A stretch of 64,000 bases of DNA from Mobula hypostoma (lineage: Eukaryota): positions 62,001-126,000 of the forward strand of contig NC_086109.1 of NCBI RefSeq assembly GCF_963921235.1. Reading direction: 5' to 3'. Below are positions 30,295-43,605 of this stretch, in pieces; position 1 is the first letter of the stretch, and every line of letters starts with the position of its first letter. The notes beneath the pieces are model-generated. The model made no database searches. It was given only the letters and a program-made list of their open reading frames with translations, and was not told the origin of the DNA. The position numbers and the translations under genes are program-made.

Positions 30295-33030
30295 AGATTA
30301 GATTCAACTTTATTGTCATTGTTCCGAGTACGCATACAAAGCCAGTGAAATGCAGTTAGCATCTGACCAGAAATGCAAAGAATAGTGTTATTTACAAAAT
30401 AACTGCAAATAAAAGACCAAGGAGATCATTGTGGACTTCAGGCATGCCAGGACTCACACTCACGTCCCCCTCAACATCAACAGAACTGTAATGGAGTGTG
30501 TATCAAGCTTCAAATTCCTTGGTGTCCACATTTCCGAGGATCTCACCTGGTCACTGAACTCCTCCATCCTGATCAAAAAGGCGCAATAACGCCTTTACTT
30601 CCTGCGGAGCATCAAGAAAGCTCACCTCTGTCCCAGGATACTGACAGACTTTTACCACTGTACCATTGAGAGCATACTCACCAACTGCATCTCAGTGTGG
30701 TATGACAATTGTCCCGTATCGGACCGCAAAGCACTCCAGCGTGTGGTGAAAACTGCCCAGTGGATTATCGGCACCCAATTGCCCACCATTGAGAACATGT
30801 ACCATAAATGCTGCCTGGGCAGGGTGAAAAACATTATCAGGGATGCATCTCATCCTAACCATGGACTTTTTACTCTCCTCCCATCCGGTAGGCGCTACAG
30901 GAGCCTCCGCTCCCGCACCAGCATGCACAGGGAGAGCTTCTTCCCTGAGGCTGTGACCCTGTTGAACCTCACATCACAGTGCTAAGCAGTATTGCATCCG
31001 TATTGTACTGTCTCAGTACTTTTATATTTGTGTGCTGTAGCACTTCTGTTATTCGCAGTTATTTTGTAAATAACACTATTCTTTGTATTTCTGGTCAGAT
31101 GCTAAATGTATTTCATTGGCTTTGTATCTGTACTCGGCACAATGACAATAAAGTTGAGTCTAATCTAATCTAAAAGTAAGTGAAAAATATAAATATATGG
31201 GAGGAGAGTAAAAAGTCCATGGTTAGGGTGAGATACATCCTTGATAATTCTTTTCATCCTGCCCAGGCAGCATTTATGGTACATGTTCTCAATGGTGGGC
31301 AATTGGGTGGTGATAATCCGCTGGGCAGTTTTCACCACACGCTGGAGTGCTTTGCGGTCCGATACGGGACAATTGCCATACCACACTGAGATGCAGTTGG
31401 TGAGTATGCTCTCAATGGTACAGCAGTAAAAGTCCGTCAGTATCCTGGGACAGAGGTGAGCTTTCCTGATGCTCCGCAGGAAATAAAGGCGCTGTTGCAC
31501 CTTTTTGATCAGGATGGAGGAGTTCAGGGACCAGGTGAGATCCTCGGAAATGTGGACACCAAGGAATTTGAAGCTTGATACACGCTCCACTACAGCTCCG
31601 TTGATGTAGATGGGGACGTGAGTGTGGCTCCTAGCATGCCTGAAGTCCACAATGATCTCCTTGGTCTGCTGGATGTTAAGGGCCAGGTTGTTGTCGGCAC
31701 ACCACGCAGCCAGGTACTGGACCTCGTCCCTGTAGGCCGTCTCGTCATCCCCCCTGATCAGGCCAACCACCGTGGTGTCGTCTGTGAACTTGATTATGGA
31801 GTTAGAACCATGTACAGGAACGCAGTCATAGGTGAAAAGGGAGTACAGAAGAGGGCTCAGCACACAGCCTTGAGGCACACCGGTGTTCAGGGTGAGAGTG
31901 GAGGAGGAGAGGTTGTCTAACTTAACTGATTGGGGTCTGTTAGTCAGAAAGTCCAAGGTCCAATTGCAGAGGGATGAGCTGATACCGAGCTGGCGGAGTT
32001 TGGCAATCAACTTGGAGGGGATCACAGTATTGAATGCCAAACTAATGTCAATGAGCAGCATTCTGAAGTAAGAGTTGGGGCTGTCCAGGTGGGTCAGGGC
32101 AGAGTGAAGTGCCGTGGAGATGGTGTCCTCTGTTGACCTGTTGGTGCGATAGGCAAATTGATGGGGGTCCAGGGTAGTGGGCAGACAGGATTTCAGATGT
32201 GATAGAACCAGTCTCTCAAAGCACTTTGCAATGATGGGGGTGAGTGCAACTGGGCGGAAGTCATTCAGGCCTGTGGCAGTAGAATGCTTCAGCACTGGCA
32301 CAATGGTGACGATTTTGAAGCTTGTGGGGACAACTGCCTGGGCCAGGGACAGATTAAAAATGTGCGTGAAGACCCCGGCCAACTGCCCTGCACAGACTCT
32401 GAGCACACGGCCAGGTATTCCATCCGTACATTCACCCTGCTCAGGGTGGCGCGAACATCAGAGGTGGAAAGTGAGAGAGGCAGTTCACCAGGTGGGAGAT
32501 CCACCTTGAGGGTGACCTCCTTGTTCTCTCGGTCAAAGCGAGCATAGAAGTGATTGAACTCATCAGGGAGGGAAGCTGAGCTGGAAGGGGGCACAGTGCT
32601 AGGTGGTTTGAAGTCTGTAATGATCTGTATGCCATGTCACATGCGCCGGGGGTCCGAGGAGCTGAAATGCTCCTCGATTCTCTGTTTGTATATGTGTTTA
32701 GCCTGAGAGATTCCCCTCCTCAGGTTGGCCCTGGCTGAGCTGTAAGCCTCCCGGTCTCCAGACATGAAGGCTGAATCTCTGGCTTTGAGCAGGAGGCGAA
32801 CTTCTCTGTTCATCCATGGTTTCTGACTGGGGAAAAGTTTTATTTGTTTTTGAGATGTCACTCTATCTACACACTTGTTGATGTGCTCAAGGACAGAGTT
32901 GGTCTATAAGTCAATGTTAATCAGAGAGTCTGTGGTGGCATGGGCAGCAAACGCTCTGCAGTCTGTGTGCTGAAGAGCAGAGTCAGCACCCTCCAGCCAG
33001 ATCTTAATAGTCTTCACTGTGGGTTTCACA
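30295..33030 (-). mobile_element. Rex1/Babar-like LINE with an inverted same-family copy (30416-31172, +) inserted in its 3' end
   Basis: ORF 31165..32406 ([30 protein letters not shown]). Tails (tctaa)n at ~30295 (-) and ~31160-31172 (+). Confidence 0.88.
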
Positions 33031-33255
33031 CGTTTAATGACCGGGCTCTACTTGGGAAGCAGAAACAATGAAAGATGGTCGGACTATCCCAGGTGGGGGA
33101 GGGTACACCTCTTTCAATTTTCCCCCCAATCTTCTACGTTCTAATGAATAAAATCCTAAACTATTCAATTTTTCCTTATAACTCAGGTCCTCCAGACTCA
33201 CCAATATGCTTGTAAATTTTCTCTGCACTCTTTCAACCTTGTTTACATCTCAACT

Positions 33256-33326
33256 AAAACAACAGGAATTCTGCAGATGCTGGAAATTCAAGCAACACAC
33301 ATCAAAGTTGCTGGTGAACGTGTTGC
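33256..33326. mobile_element. Tiny Penelope-like insertion with a short inverted end
   Basis: Family 3' terminus plus inverted gtgttgct. TSD ttacatctcaact at 33243-33255 and 33327-33339. Confidence 0.75.
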
Positions 33327-34914
33327 TTACATCTCAACTCTTGCCTTTCTCAATAACCTAGAGTATATCCCATCCAGCCCTCGGGACTCACCCACCCAGC
33401 CCTCGGGACTCACCCACCCAGAAGTGCAGCAATAAGAAGGCAAAGAACGACAGGCCAGGGAGTCTGATACTGGTGTTGGGCAAGTTGCTGGATGCGATTC
33501 TGAAGGACAGAATCTAGCAACATTTGGAGAGACAGGGACTGATTTGGGATAATCAGCATGGCTTTGTACATGAGAAGTTACATTTGGTAAACCTCTTGGA
33601 AGTTCTTGAAGGAGGTAATGACAAGGGTAGGACAGTGGATATTGTCTATATGGACTTCAGCAAGTCCTTTGACAAGTCCCCTCATAGCAAACTGATCTGG
33701 AAGGTTAGAATGCATGGGATCCAGGGGAAGTGGGGGGGAGAAGGTGGATCAGATTTATACTTGGCTCAGCGGTCGGAAGCAGAGGGTTGAGGGTTCTTTT
33801 CTTGGACGAGAGGTGTGTATCTTGTGGTGTACCTCAGGGTGGTACTAGGGCTTTATTGTTTATAACATAGAAATAGTTTAGATGTCATAAAGTCATGGAA
33901 CACTACATCACAGAAACAGCCTATTTAGTCTCATTTAACCTGAATCCCATCGACCTGCACCCAGACCACAGACCTCCACACCCCTCCCATCCATGTACTT
34001 CTCCAAACTGAACCCACACCCACCACTTTTGCTGTCAGCTCGTTCCTTTGAGTAAAGAAGTTACCCCTCGGGTTCCTCTTAGACATTTCAACTCTCACTT
34101 TAAACTTATAATGTCTAGTCCTACTCTCACCCAACCTCAGAGGAACACACCTACAAGTACTCATCCTATCTAACATAGAAACACAGAAAACCTACAGCAC
34201 AATACAGGCCCTTCGGCCCACAATGCTGTGCCGATGATGTCCTTACCTTAGAAATTACCTCGGGTTACCCGTAGCCCTCTATTTTTCTAAGCTCCATGTA
34301 CTAATCCAGGAGTCTCTTAAAATACCCTATTGTACCCTTCACAATGTTGTATATCTTTAGCAGATTTCCCCTCATCTTCCTACGCTCCAGCGAGTAACGT
34401 GCTAACCTATTCAACAGCTGGACTCGGGAGAAATAATGGAGGGGTGAGACATTGAATCCGTCTGGGTGGAACTCAGGAATGGGAAGGGTGCAATCGCACT
34501 GATGGGATTGTACTACAGACGCCTCAATAACCAGCAGAACATTGAGGAACAGGTATGTGATCAGATTAAGGTAAAGTGTGAAAATAATAGGGTTGTTGTC
34601 ATGGAGGCTTCAACTTCCCCAATATAAACTGGGCCTTCCATAGTGTAAGGGGTTTAGATGGGGCTGAATTTGTCAAGTAAATGCAGAAAGGTTTCTTAAG
34701 TCAATATTTGGATGGCGGGAATTAGGAAAATCAGGAGGGGCCATGAAAAGTCCTTGGCAAGTAGCATTAAGGAGAATCTCAAGACATTCTCTACATACAT
34801 CAAGAGCAAGAGGATAACTAGAGAGAGGGTGAAACCACTCAAGGATAAGTGGGGGGGTGGGGGGAGGGAGGAGAACATTTGCTTCGTTGCAGAGAATGTG
34901 AGTGAGGTACTTAA

Positions 34915-35990
34915 TAGAAACATAGAAAATAGGTGCAGGAGTAGGCCATTCGGCCCTTCGAGCCTGCACCGCCATTTATTATGATCATGGCTGATCATCC
35001 AACTCAGAACCCCACCCCAGCCTTCCCTCCATACCCCCTGACCCCTGTAGCCACAAGGGCCATATCTAACTCCCTCTTAAACATAGCCAATGAACTGGCC
35101 TCAACAGTTTGCTGTGGCAGAGAATTCCACAGATTCACCACTCTCTGTGTGAAGAAGTTTTTCCTAATCTCGGTCCTAAAAGGCTTCCCCTCTATCCTCA
35201 AACTGTGACCCCTCGTTCTGGACTTCCCCAACATCGGGAACAATCTTCCTGCATCTAGCCTGTCCAATCCCTTTAGGATCTTATACGTTTCAATCAGATC
35301 CCCCCTCAATCTTCTAAATTCCAACGAGTACAAGCCCAGTTCATCCAGTCTTTCTTCATATGAAAGTCCAGCCATCCCAGGAATCAATCTGGTGAACCTT
35401 CTTTGTACTCCCTCTATGGCAAAGATGTCTTTCCTCAGATTAGGGGACCAAAACTGCACACAATACTCCAGGTGTGGTCTCACCAAGGCCTTGTACAACT
35501 GCAGTAGTACCTCCCTGCTCCTGTACTCGAATCCTCTCGCTATAAATGCCAGCATACCATTCGCCTTTTTCACCGCCTGCTGTACCTGCATGCCCACTTT
35601 CAATGACTGGTGTATAATGACACCCAGCTCTCGTTGCACCTCCCCTTTTCCAATCGGCCACCATTCAGATAATAATCTGTTTTCCTATTTTTGCCACCAA
35701 AGTGGATAACTTCACATTTATCCACATTAAATTGCATCTGCCATGAATTTGCCCACTCACCCAACCTATCCAAGTCACTCTGCATCCTCTTAGCATCCTC
35801 CTCACAGCTAACACTGCCGCCCAGCTTCGTGTCATCCGCAGACTTGGAGATGCTGCATTTAATTCCCTCATCCAAGTCATTAATATATATTGTAAACAAC
35901 TGGGGTCCCAGCACTGAGCCTTGCGGTACCCCACTAGTCACCACCTGCCATTCTGAAAAGGTCCCATTTATTCCCACTCTTTGCTTCCTG
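34915..35990 (-). mobile_element. Young CR1-clade LINE 3' fragment nested in an older CR1 (~34420-37650, +)
   Basis: ORFs 35004..35639 and 35600..35977 are nearly identical to the 11.6-12.7 kb and 15.6-16.5 kb copies. Confidence 0.95.
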
Positions 35991-37649
35991 TAAATGAGTA
36001 CTTTGCTTCAGTATTTCCCAAGGAAAAGGATATGGAGGACCAGGAGATCAGTGCTGAGTATATAACTACACTGGGGCATTTAGAGGTCAAGGAGGAGGAA
36101 GTGCTGGGCCTCCTATTAAGTATTAAGGTGGATAAGTTCCCAGGTAAGAGGCAAGAGACGAGATTGCTGGGCCCTTGACTGGTATCTATGTATCCTCCCT
36201 GGCCACAGACGAGATCCCCGAGGACTGGCAAGTAGCTAATGTTGTACCTGTAGTTAAGAAGGGTATAAGGGAAAATCCTGGGGACTATACACCCATGAGT
36301 CTCACAACAGTTGTTGGGAAATGGCTGGAGAAAATGTTTGGGACAGGATATATGAGCCTTTGGAAGCTCAGGGCCTAACTATGGAGAGCTCGCGTGGCTT
36401 TGGTGTGGCAGGTCTTACCTTACCAACTTGATTGAGTTTTTTTTAAAAGAAGGTTAAGGGGGAGATTGATGAGGGTAGGACAGTGGATGTTGTCTACATT
36501 AATTTTAGTAAGGTGTTTGACAAAGTCCCTCATGGGCAGGTAACCAGAAGATTATGATGCATGGGACCTGCACTGAATTGGCTGCTTGGGATCAGAACTG
36601 GCTTGCGCACAGAAGACAGAGGGTAGTGGTTGAAGGGAATTATTCGAGCTGGACGTCTGTAATTAGTGGAGTTCTGTAGTGATCTGTGCTGGGACCTCTG
36701 GTGTTTGTGATGTATGTATATAAATGACCTGGATGAAAATGTAGATGGATGTTTGCAGATGATATCAAGATTGGTGGAGTTGCAGATAGTGTAGAGGACT
36801 GGCAAAGAATACAGCCAATGTAGACCAGTTGCAGACATGGGCTGAGACATAGCAGTTGGATTTTCAACCAGGTAGATATGAGGTGTTGCACCTCGGAGGG
36901 GCAAATACAAGGAGATTACACTTAGCAGTGTTGCTGCAAGACAGATCTTGGGATCCAAGTTCACAGCTCACTGAAAGCAGCTGCACAAATGAAGACGGTG
37001 GTGAAGAAGGCTGATGGAATACTTGCTTTTATTAGTCGAGGCATTGAGTTTAAAAGTCAGCGGGTTATGTTGCAACTTTATAAAACTCTGGTTCGGCCAC
37101 ATCTGGGGTATTGTGTACAGTTCTGATCAGCTCACTATGGGAAGGATGTTGAGGCTTGGGAGAGGGTACAGAAGAGGTTCACCAGGATGCTGCCTGGATT
37201 AGAGGGATTGTCCTATCACAAGAGGTTGGATAAACTTGGGTTGTTTTCTCTGGAGTGCCAGAGGTTGAGGGGAGGTTTATAAGATTATGAGAGGCATAGA
37301 CAGAGTGGACAGAGAGTATCTGTTTCCCAGGGTTGAAATGTCTAATACCAGAGGGCATGCACTGAAGATGAGAGCAGCAGGTTTAAGGGGGAGCTGAGGG
37401 GTAAGTTTTTTTACTCAGAGAGTCGTGGATGCCTGGAACGTGCTGCCTGGCGTGGTGGTAGAGGTAAATAGATCAGGGGCTTTTGAGAGACGTTTGGATA
37501 GACACATGGATGTGAGGAAGACGGAGAGATATGGACGTGGTGTAGGTAGGAGGGATTAGTGTTTGGGTGTTTTTGATTTGCTTTTTACCTGGTTCAGCAC
37601 AACACTGTGGGCCGAATGGCCCATTTCTCTGCTGTATTAATCTATGTTC

Positions 37650-38600
37650 TAACTATACACAATACTCCACATATGGCTTCACCAGTGTCTTCAACATAAC
37701 TCGCCAACTCCTGTACTCAGTGCTCTGATTTGTGAAGGTCAACATTGCAAAAGCTCTCTTTACAACATTATTTACCTTTGATACCACTTTCAAGGAATTA
37801 TGGACCTGTATTCCCAGAACTCTTTGTTCTCCAACACTATCATTGTACAAGTCCTACCCTGATTTGTCCTGCCAAAGTGCAACACCTTACACTTGTCTGC
37901 ATTAAATTCCACCCGTTTTTCCAGCCGGTCCATGTCATGCTACAAGCTTTGATAGTCTTCCTCCCTGTCCATTTATGCATCCGATATTACTATCATCTAC
38001 AAATTTGCTGATTCAGTTTATGAGATTGTCATCTGAATCATTCATACCAATGAGAAACAACAGTGAGCCCATTACTGCTCCCTGTGGCACACCATTAGCC
38101 TTACTAAAGTCCACTTAAGATAACGTTTACTACATTTCCTTTATCAACCTTATTTGTAACCTCTTTACCACTTACCACACACAAGGACATGTTAACCTTT
38201 GCTAATTAGGCCCTGTCTATCTAAATACCTGTATATTCTGTTGCTAAGACTACCTTCCAATAATTTAGACATCAGGCTCACCAGGCCTGTAATTTCCCAG
38301 TTTATTCTTACAGCTTTTCTTGAACAATAGAACGTTAGCTGTCTACACCTCCTCACTTGTGGTTAAGGATGCTTTAGATACTTCTGTACCGCCTGAAATT
38401 TCTACATTAGCCTCTTGCAAGGTCTAAGGGGACACCCTCGTCGGGCCCTGGGGATTTATCTACTCTAAAATGGCTTAAAACAGCCAAGCATCTCCTATTC
38501 CATAATTGGATGCAGCCCATGATCTCACTACATTTTTGCCTCAGTCCTACAGACTGTGTGTCTGTCTCCCAAGTAAATATAGATGCAAAAAATCCATTTA
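37650..38600 (-). mobile_element. Degenerate CR1 fragments
   Basis: Remnants VKPYVEYCV and DKSPGPD. Confidence 0.7.
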
Positions 38601-39199
38601 AGATCTCCTCCATCTCTGTCTATGAGCCAAATGCAGGCGGATGGGACCTTGCTGCCCAATATAGTTGGCACAGTCAGGTTGATCTGATGGGCCCGTTTTC
38701 TTGCTGAATGATTCTAGTTTGGGGACTGACATGGGACTATCAGGGGAGAGTGGGAGAGTGGGGCAGTGGCATTAGTTGGGGATAGAGGACAGTGGGAAAT
38801 GGACACTGGCAGGAGCAGTGTAATGGAGCTAAGTGGCGGCAGGTGGTCTCTCCTTCTTTGTTCGGACTGGTCGGGGGTCTCCAGCCACCAGTTGGTAACA
38901 CTTTAACCTGCAGCCTTGTAGACCCACTCCGCCCTTCTGTCTGGGGAGTGAAGGTTAGAAGCCTCTCACACCACCGTCACTGTGATACCTGGGGCTCTCA
39001 CGGAAGCAGGCAGATTTACACGGGATAGCCTCGCAGGGCAGCGTACAGGGATTGGGGAGAAGGGAGATGGGGGCAGGAGATGGGGAAGGGGTTGAGTGGG
39101 GGGCAAAGGATTAAAGAGGTGGGGTGGGAGGGAGACTGAGCGGAGAAAGCAGACGATGATGCAACAGAGAGGGGAGAGACCCTGGGGCAGAGGATTGTC

Positions 39200-39885
39200 C
39201 TGAGATGGAGTGAGCGTGCACACGCACACATCGAGCCAGTTGAGGGAGGGGAAGAGTGGGTGTGCAAGAGTGTGAGGACGTGCAACGGGGCCGAATTTGT
39301 GTTCAACCCCGAGGGGAAGGGTGGACGTGTGCAATTGACAGCGATGTGGGTGTGGAACAGGAATGTCTGCGCCTGCACGAGTGGAGGGTGCGCGCGTGGA
39401 ACATGGGCGTGCACGAGGGGAGGGTGCCGGTGTGCTGCGGAGGGGGTGCATGTACGTGTAACGGGCAGGGGGAAGCGTGTGCCCCTGCGCTGGGGCTTCG
39501 GAGGGGGAGCCCGTCGCACATAGCAGGCTAAACGGTCGTACCCCTCCCTGGCCGCGGCGGCGGCGCCTCCTGCCGCCCTTTGTCCGCTCACGCTGCCATT
39601 GCTGCGTGGCTAAGCAGCAGCTCGCTTTGTCTCTCCTTCCCGCTTTGGTTTTAGTTTGCAAGCAATGGCCACCCTTGCAATCAGCGGCTCAATGTAGAGA
39701 AAGAGAGGGGTGGGATACAGGAAGGGGAAAAAGAGGCAGAAAAGTGCAATGGCTTCCAGCCGCATCTATTCGGCTCAATCTTTCAATAAGTAGGGCACTT
39801 GCGCCGCCGCGCAGCATTGTGGGAAAGTCAGGTCGCCATTGCTCCAAAATTTGACCCCCAACGTTATTCTTGACATGGCGACAAT
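39200..39885. promoter_or_regulatory. CpG island / promoter with ZNF143 (SBS) and YY1-like motifs
   Basis: CpG-rich unique sequence amid CpG-depleted repeats. TTCCCACAATGC on the minus strand at 39814-39825, cgccatt at ~39834 and acatggcg at ~39873. Confidence 0.6.
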
Positions 39886-41137
39886 GATCTCATATAGAAC
39901 ATTGACCATTACAGCACAGTACAGGCCTTGAGGCCAACTATGTTGTGTTGACCTTTTAATCAAGGTTAATCTAAGCCTTCCCTCCTACATAGCCCTCCAT
40001 TTTCTGTCATCCATGTGCCAATCTAAGAATTTCTTAAATGCCCCTAATGTATCTGCCTCTACTATCACACCTGGCAGGGCATTCTGCACACCCACCACTC
40101 TGTGTAAAGAAATTACCTCTGATATTCCCCCTATACTTTCTAACAAATCAGCTTAGAGCTATGCCTCCCTGCATTAGCAATTTCTGCTTTGGGAAAAATA
40201 ACTCTGGCTGTCCACTTGATATATGCATTTATCATCATGTACACCCCTAACAGTCATCTCTCATCCCCCTACACTCCAAAGAGAAATGCCTCAACTCACT
40301 CAACCTAGCTTCATAAAACATGCCCTCTAATCAAGGCAGCATCCTGGTAAATCTCTGCACCCTCTCTAAAGCTTCCACATCCTTCCTATAATGAGGTGGC
40401 CAGAAATGAACACGATATTCCAAGTGTGGTATAACCAGGGTTTTATAGAGCTGAATCATTACCTCATGGCCTTGAACTCAATTCCCCAACTAATGAAGGC
40501 CAGCATACTATACGGCTTCTTAACCACTCTATCAACTTGCACTGCAACTTTGAAGGATCTATGGATGTGGACCCCAAGATCCCTGTGTTCCTTAACACTC
40601 CTGCCGTTAACCCTATTTTCTGCCTTCAAATTCAACCTTCCAAAAAGAATCATTTCACATTTTTCTGAGTTGAACTCCATCTGCCACTTCCCAGCCCAGC
40701 TGTGAATCCTGTCAATGTACTGTTGTAAACTACAACAACCTTCTACACTATACACAACTCCAAGAATTTACTCACATCTGGAAAAGCATTGACTTAATCG
40801 GGACATTCAGCATGGCATTGTGCCGGGCAGGTCATGTCTTCTGACCCTGTATTCTGTCTTTAAATTTGACCTTCCTAAATCAGTCACTTCACTTCTCAAG
40901 GTTGAACTCCATTTGCCATTTCTCATCCCAGCTCTGCAACCTACAACAATCCTCCATACTATCCACAACTCCACCAACCTTTATGACATCTGCAGACTTA
41001 CTAATCTACCCTTACACTTCCTCATCCAAGTCACTTATAAAAATCAGGGGAGAAAACCACTGGTCACCAACATCCAGGCAGAATAAGCTTCATCTACTGT
41101 CACCTTCTGCCTTCCATAGAGAAGCCAATTCTCTAAC

Positions 41138-41720
41138 TACACAACACACACAAAATGCTGGAGGAACTCAACAGGCCAGACTGCATTTATGGAAAAGAGT
41201 ACAGTTGACGTTTTGGACCGAAACGCTTCAGCAGAAATGGAGAAAAATGCCAAGGAATAGATTTTAAAGAGGGGGCAGAGGAGAGAGAAACACAAGGTGA
41301 TAGGTGAAACATGAAGGGAGAGGGATGAAGTAAAGAGCTAGGAAGTTGATTGGTGAAAGAGATACAAGGCTGGAGAAGAGGGAGTCTGATAGTAGAGGAC
41401 AATAGGCCATGGAAGAAACAAAAGGGGGAGGAACACCAGAAGGAGGCAATGGGTGGGTAAGGAGATGTGAGAGAGGGAAAAGGGGCTGGGGAATAGTGAA
41501 GGAGAGGAGGGCAATACTGGAAGTTCGAGAAACTGATGTTCACGCCATCAGGTTGGAGGCTACCCAGGCGGAATATAAAGTATTGTTCCTCCAACCAAAG
41601 TGTGGCCTCAACATGATAGTGGAGGAGGCCATGGATAGACATGTCGAAATGGGAATGGGAAGTGGAATTAAAATAGGTGGCCACTGGGAGATCCTGCTTT
41701 CTCTGGCGGACAGGGTGTAG
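41138..41720 (-). mobile_element. Penelope-like element, older subfamily (GIY-YIG C-terminus + 3'UTR)
   Basis: ORF 41187..41735 (VRQRKQDLPVATYFNSTSHSH...LEEQYFIFRLGSLQPDGVN). Degenerate hammerhead at ~41203-41238. Confidence 0.85.
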
Positions 41721-43499
41721 GAGCTCTCTATCCACACAGCCACGTTTTCCTGGATTCCATGCTTCCTGACTTTCTGTATCAGCTTACCATGGGAAACTTT
41801 ATCAAATGGTTCACAAAAATCCATATAGTGTACACCACATCCACTGCTCTACCTTCATCAATGTGCTTTGTTACATCCTCAAAGTATTCAATTAGACTCT
41901 TGAGGAATGACCTGCCCCTCACAAAGCCATGTTGACTATAGCTAATCAGACTACGCTTCTCCAAATACTTATAACCCTGTCTCTAAGAACCTTTTCCAAT
42001 AATTTGCCCACCACTGAAGACTCACTGGTCTTTAATTGCCAGGTTTATCCCCATTCTCTTACTTGAAAAAATGAACAATATTTTTCACCCTCCAGTCATC
42101 TAGTAGCATTCCCATGGACAGTGAGGACACAAAGACTATCACCAAGGCTCAGCAATCTCTTCCCTTTTATATCCTGTAGGGCCCCAATAACTTGTCTATC
42201 CTGATGATTTTCAAAAAATCTAGTGCATCCCCTTACTCAATGTCAAGTATATCAGCAAAGTATTCATTAAGGACCTCCCCTACCTCTTTCAACTCCAGGC
42301 ATGATTCCTCTTCTATCCCTGATCAGTCCTACCCTTACTCTGGCCATCCTGTTCTTCATACACGTGTAGAGCACCTTGGGATTTTCATTAATCTTACTCG
42401 CCAAGGCCTTCTCATGCCCCTTTCTAGCTCGCCAAAGTGCATCTTCAGCTCCTTTCTGGCCACCTTACAACTCTCTAGAGCCTTGCCTGATCCTTGCTTC
42501 CTCAACCTTAACTAAACTTCTCACTTCCTTTTGACAGATCTTCCACATCTCTTTTCAGCCACGGTTCCTCCACCCACATCCTTTTCCTGCTTCAATGGGG
42601 CAAACTTATCCAGAACCCTGAAAACCTGTACATTTTTATTGCTCGTTTCTCTGAGAACATTTGTTTCCAATTTATGTTCCCCAGTTCCTGCCTAAAATTA
42701 TTATAGTTACTGCCCCCCCCCCCTCCAGTTAAATACTTTACCATACTGTCTGTTCTTTTCCCTGTCCAAGGCTATAATAAAGGTCAGGGTGTTGTGGTCA
42801 CAGTCTCCAAAATGCTCTCCCACTGAGAGATCTGACACTTGACCTTGTCCATTACCCAACACCAAATCCAATATATTCTCTCCAGTTGGCCTGTGTCAAG
42901 AATCCTTCTATGACACAGCTACCAAATTCTGCCCTATCCAAACCTTTTGCACTAAGGAGCTGCCAATCTATATTAGGGAAGTCCTCTGTGACAACAACCT
43001 TGTTAGTTTCACACCTTTCCAAAATCTGCCTCCTGATCTGTTCCTCCATGTCCCTGTTGCTATTGGGGGAGGGGGTCCATCGAATAGCCCCAAGTGGAGT
43101 GATTTCTCTCTCCTGTTTCTGACTTCTACCCACACTGACTCCGTAGACAATCCTTCCAGAACGTCCTCCCTTTCTTCAGCTGTGATATTATTCCTGAATA
43201 GCAATGCCATTACTTCATTTACATCCCTCCATCTCTTTTAAAACATCTAAACCTCAGAACATCCAGCAGCCATTCCTGCCCTTGTGACAGCCAAGTCTCC
43301 ATAATGACCACAACATCGTAGTTCCATGTACTGGCCGATACTTGCTGTTTATCAGCCGTGTTCCTGATTCTTTCATTAAAATAGACACACTTCAACCCAT
43401 CCCACTGGCTGCAATTTTGCCTTATCAACTGTCCGTTCCTTCTCACAGTCTCTCTACTCACTGTATCTACCTGTACAGAAACTGCTCCATCCTTTGACC

Positions 43500-43605
43500 C
43501 ATCTTTTCCTGCAGAAGGGTCTTGGCCCAAAACATCGACTGTACTCTTTTCCATAGATGCTGCCTGGCCTGCTGTGTTCGTTCAGCATTTTATGTGTATT
43601 GCAAA
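43500..43605 (+). mobile_element. Penelope-like 3' fragment
   Basis: cctgcagaagggtcttggcccaaaacatcgactgtac...gatgctgcctggcctgctg (degenerate hammerhead + family end). Confidence 0.7.

Noticed and set aside
33374..33420. 22-bp direct duplication (ccagccctcgggactcacccac)
   Set aside because: Simple local tandem duplication within degraded repeat sequence.
38966..39854. 125-231 aa ORFs in the CpG island
   Set aside because: Expected in GC-rich DNA. No recognisable domain and they overlap in multiple frames.
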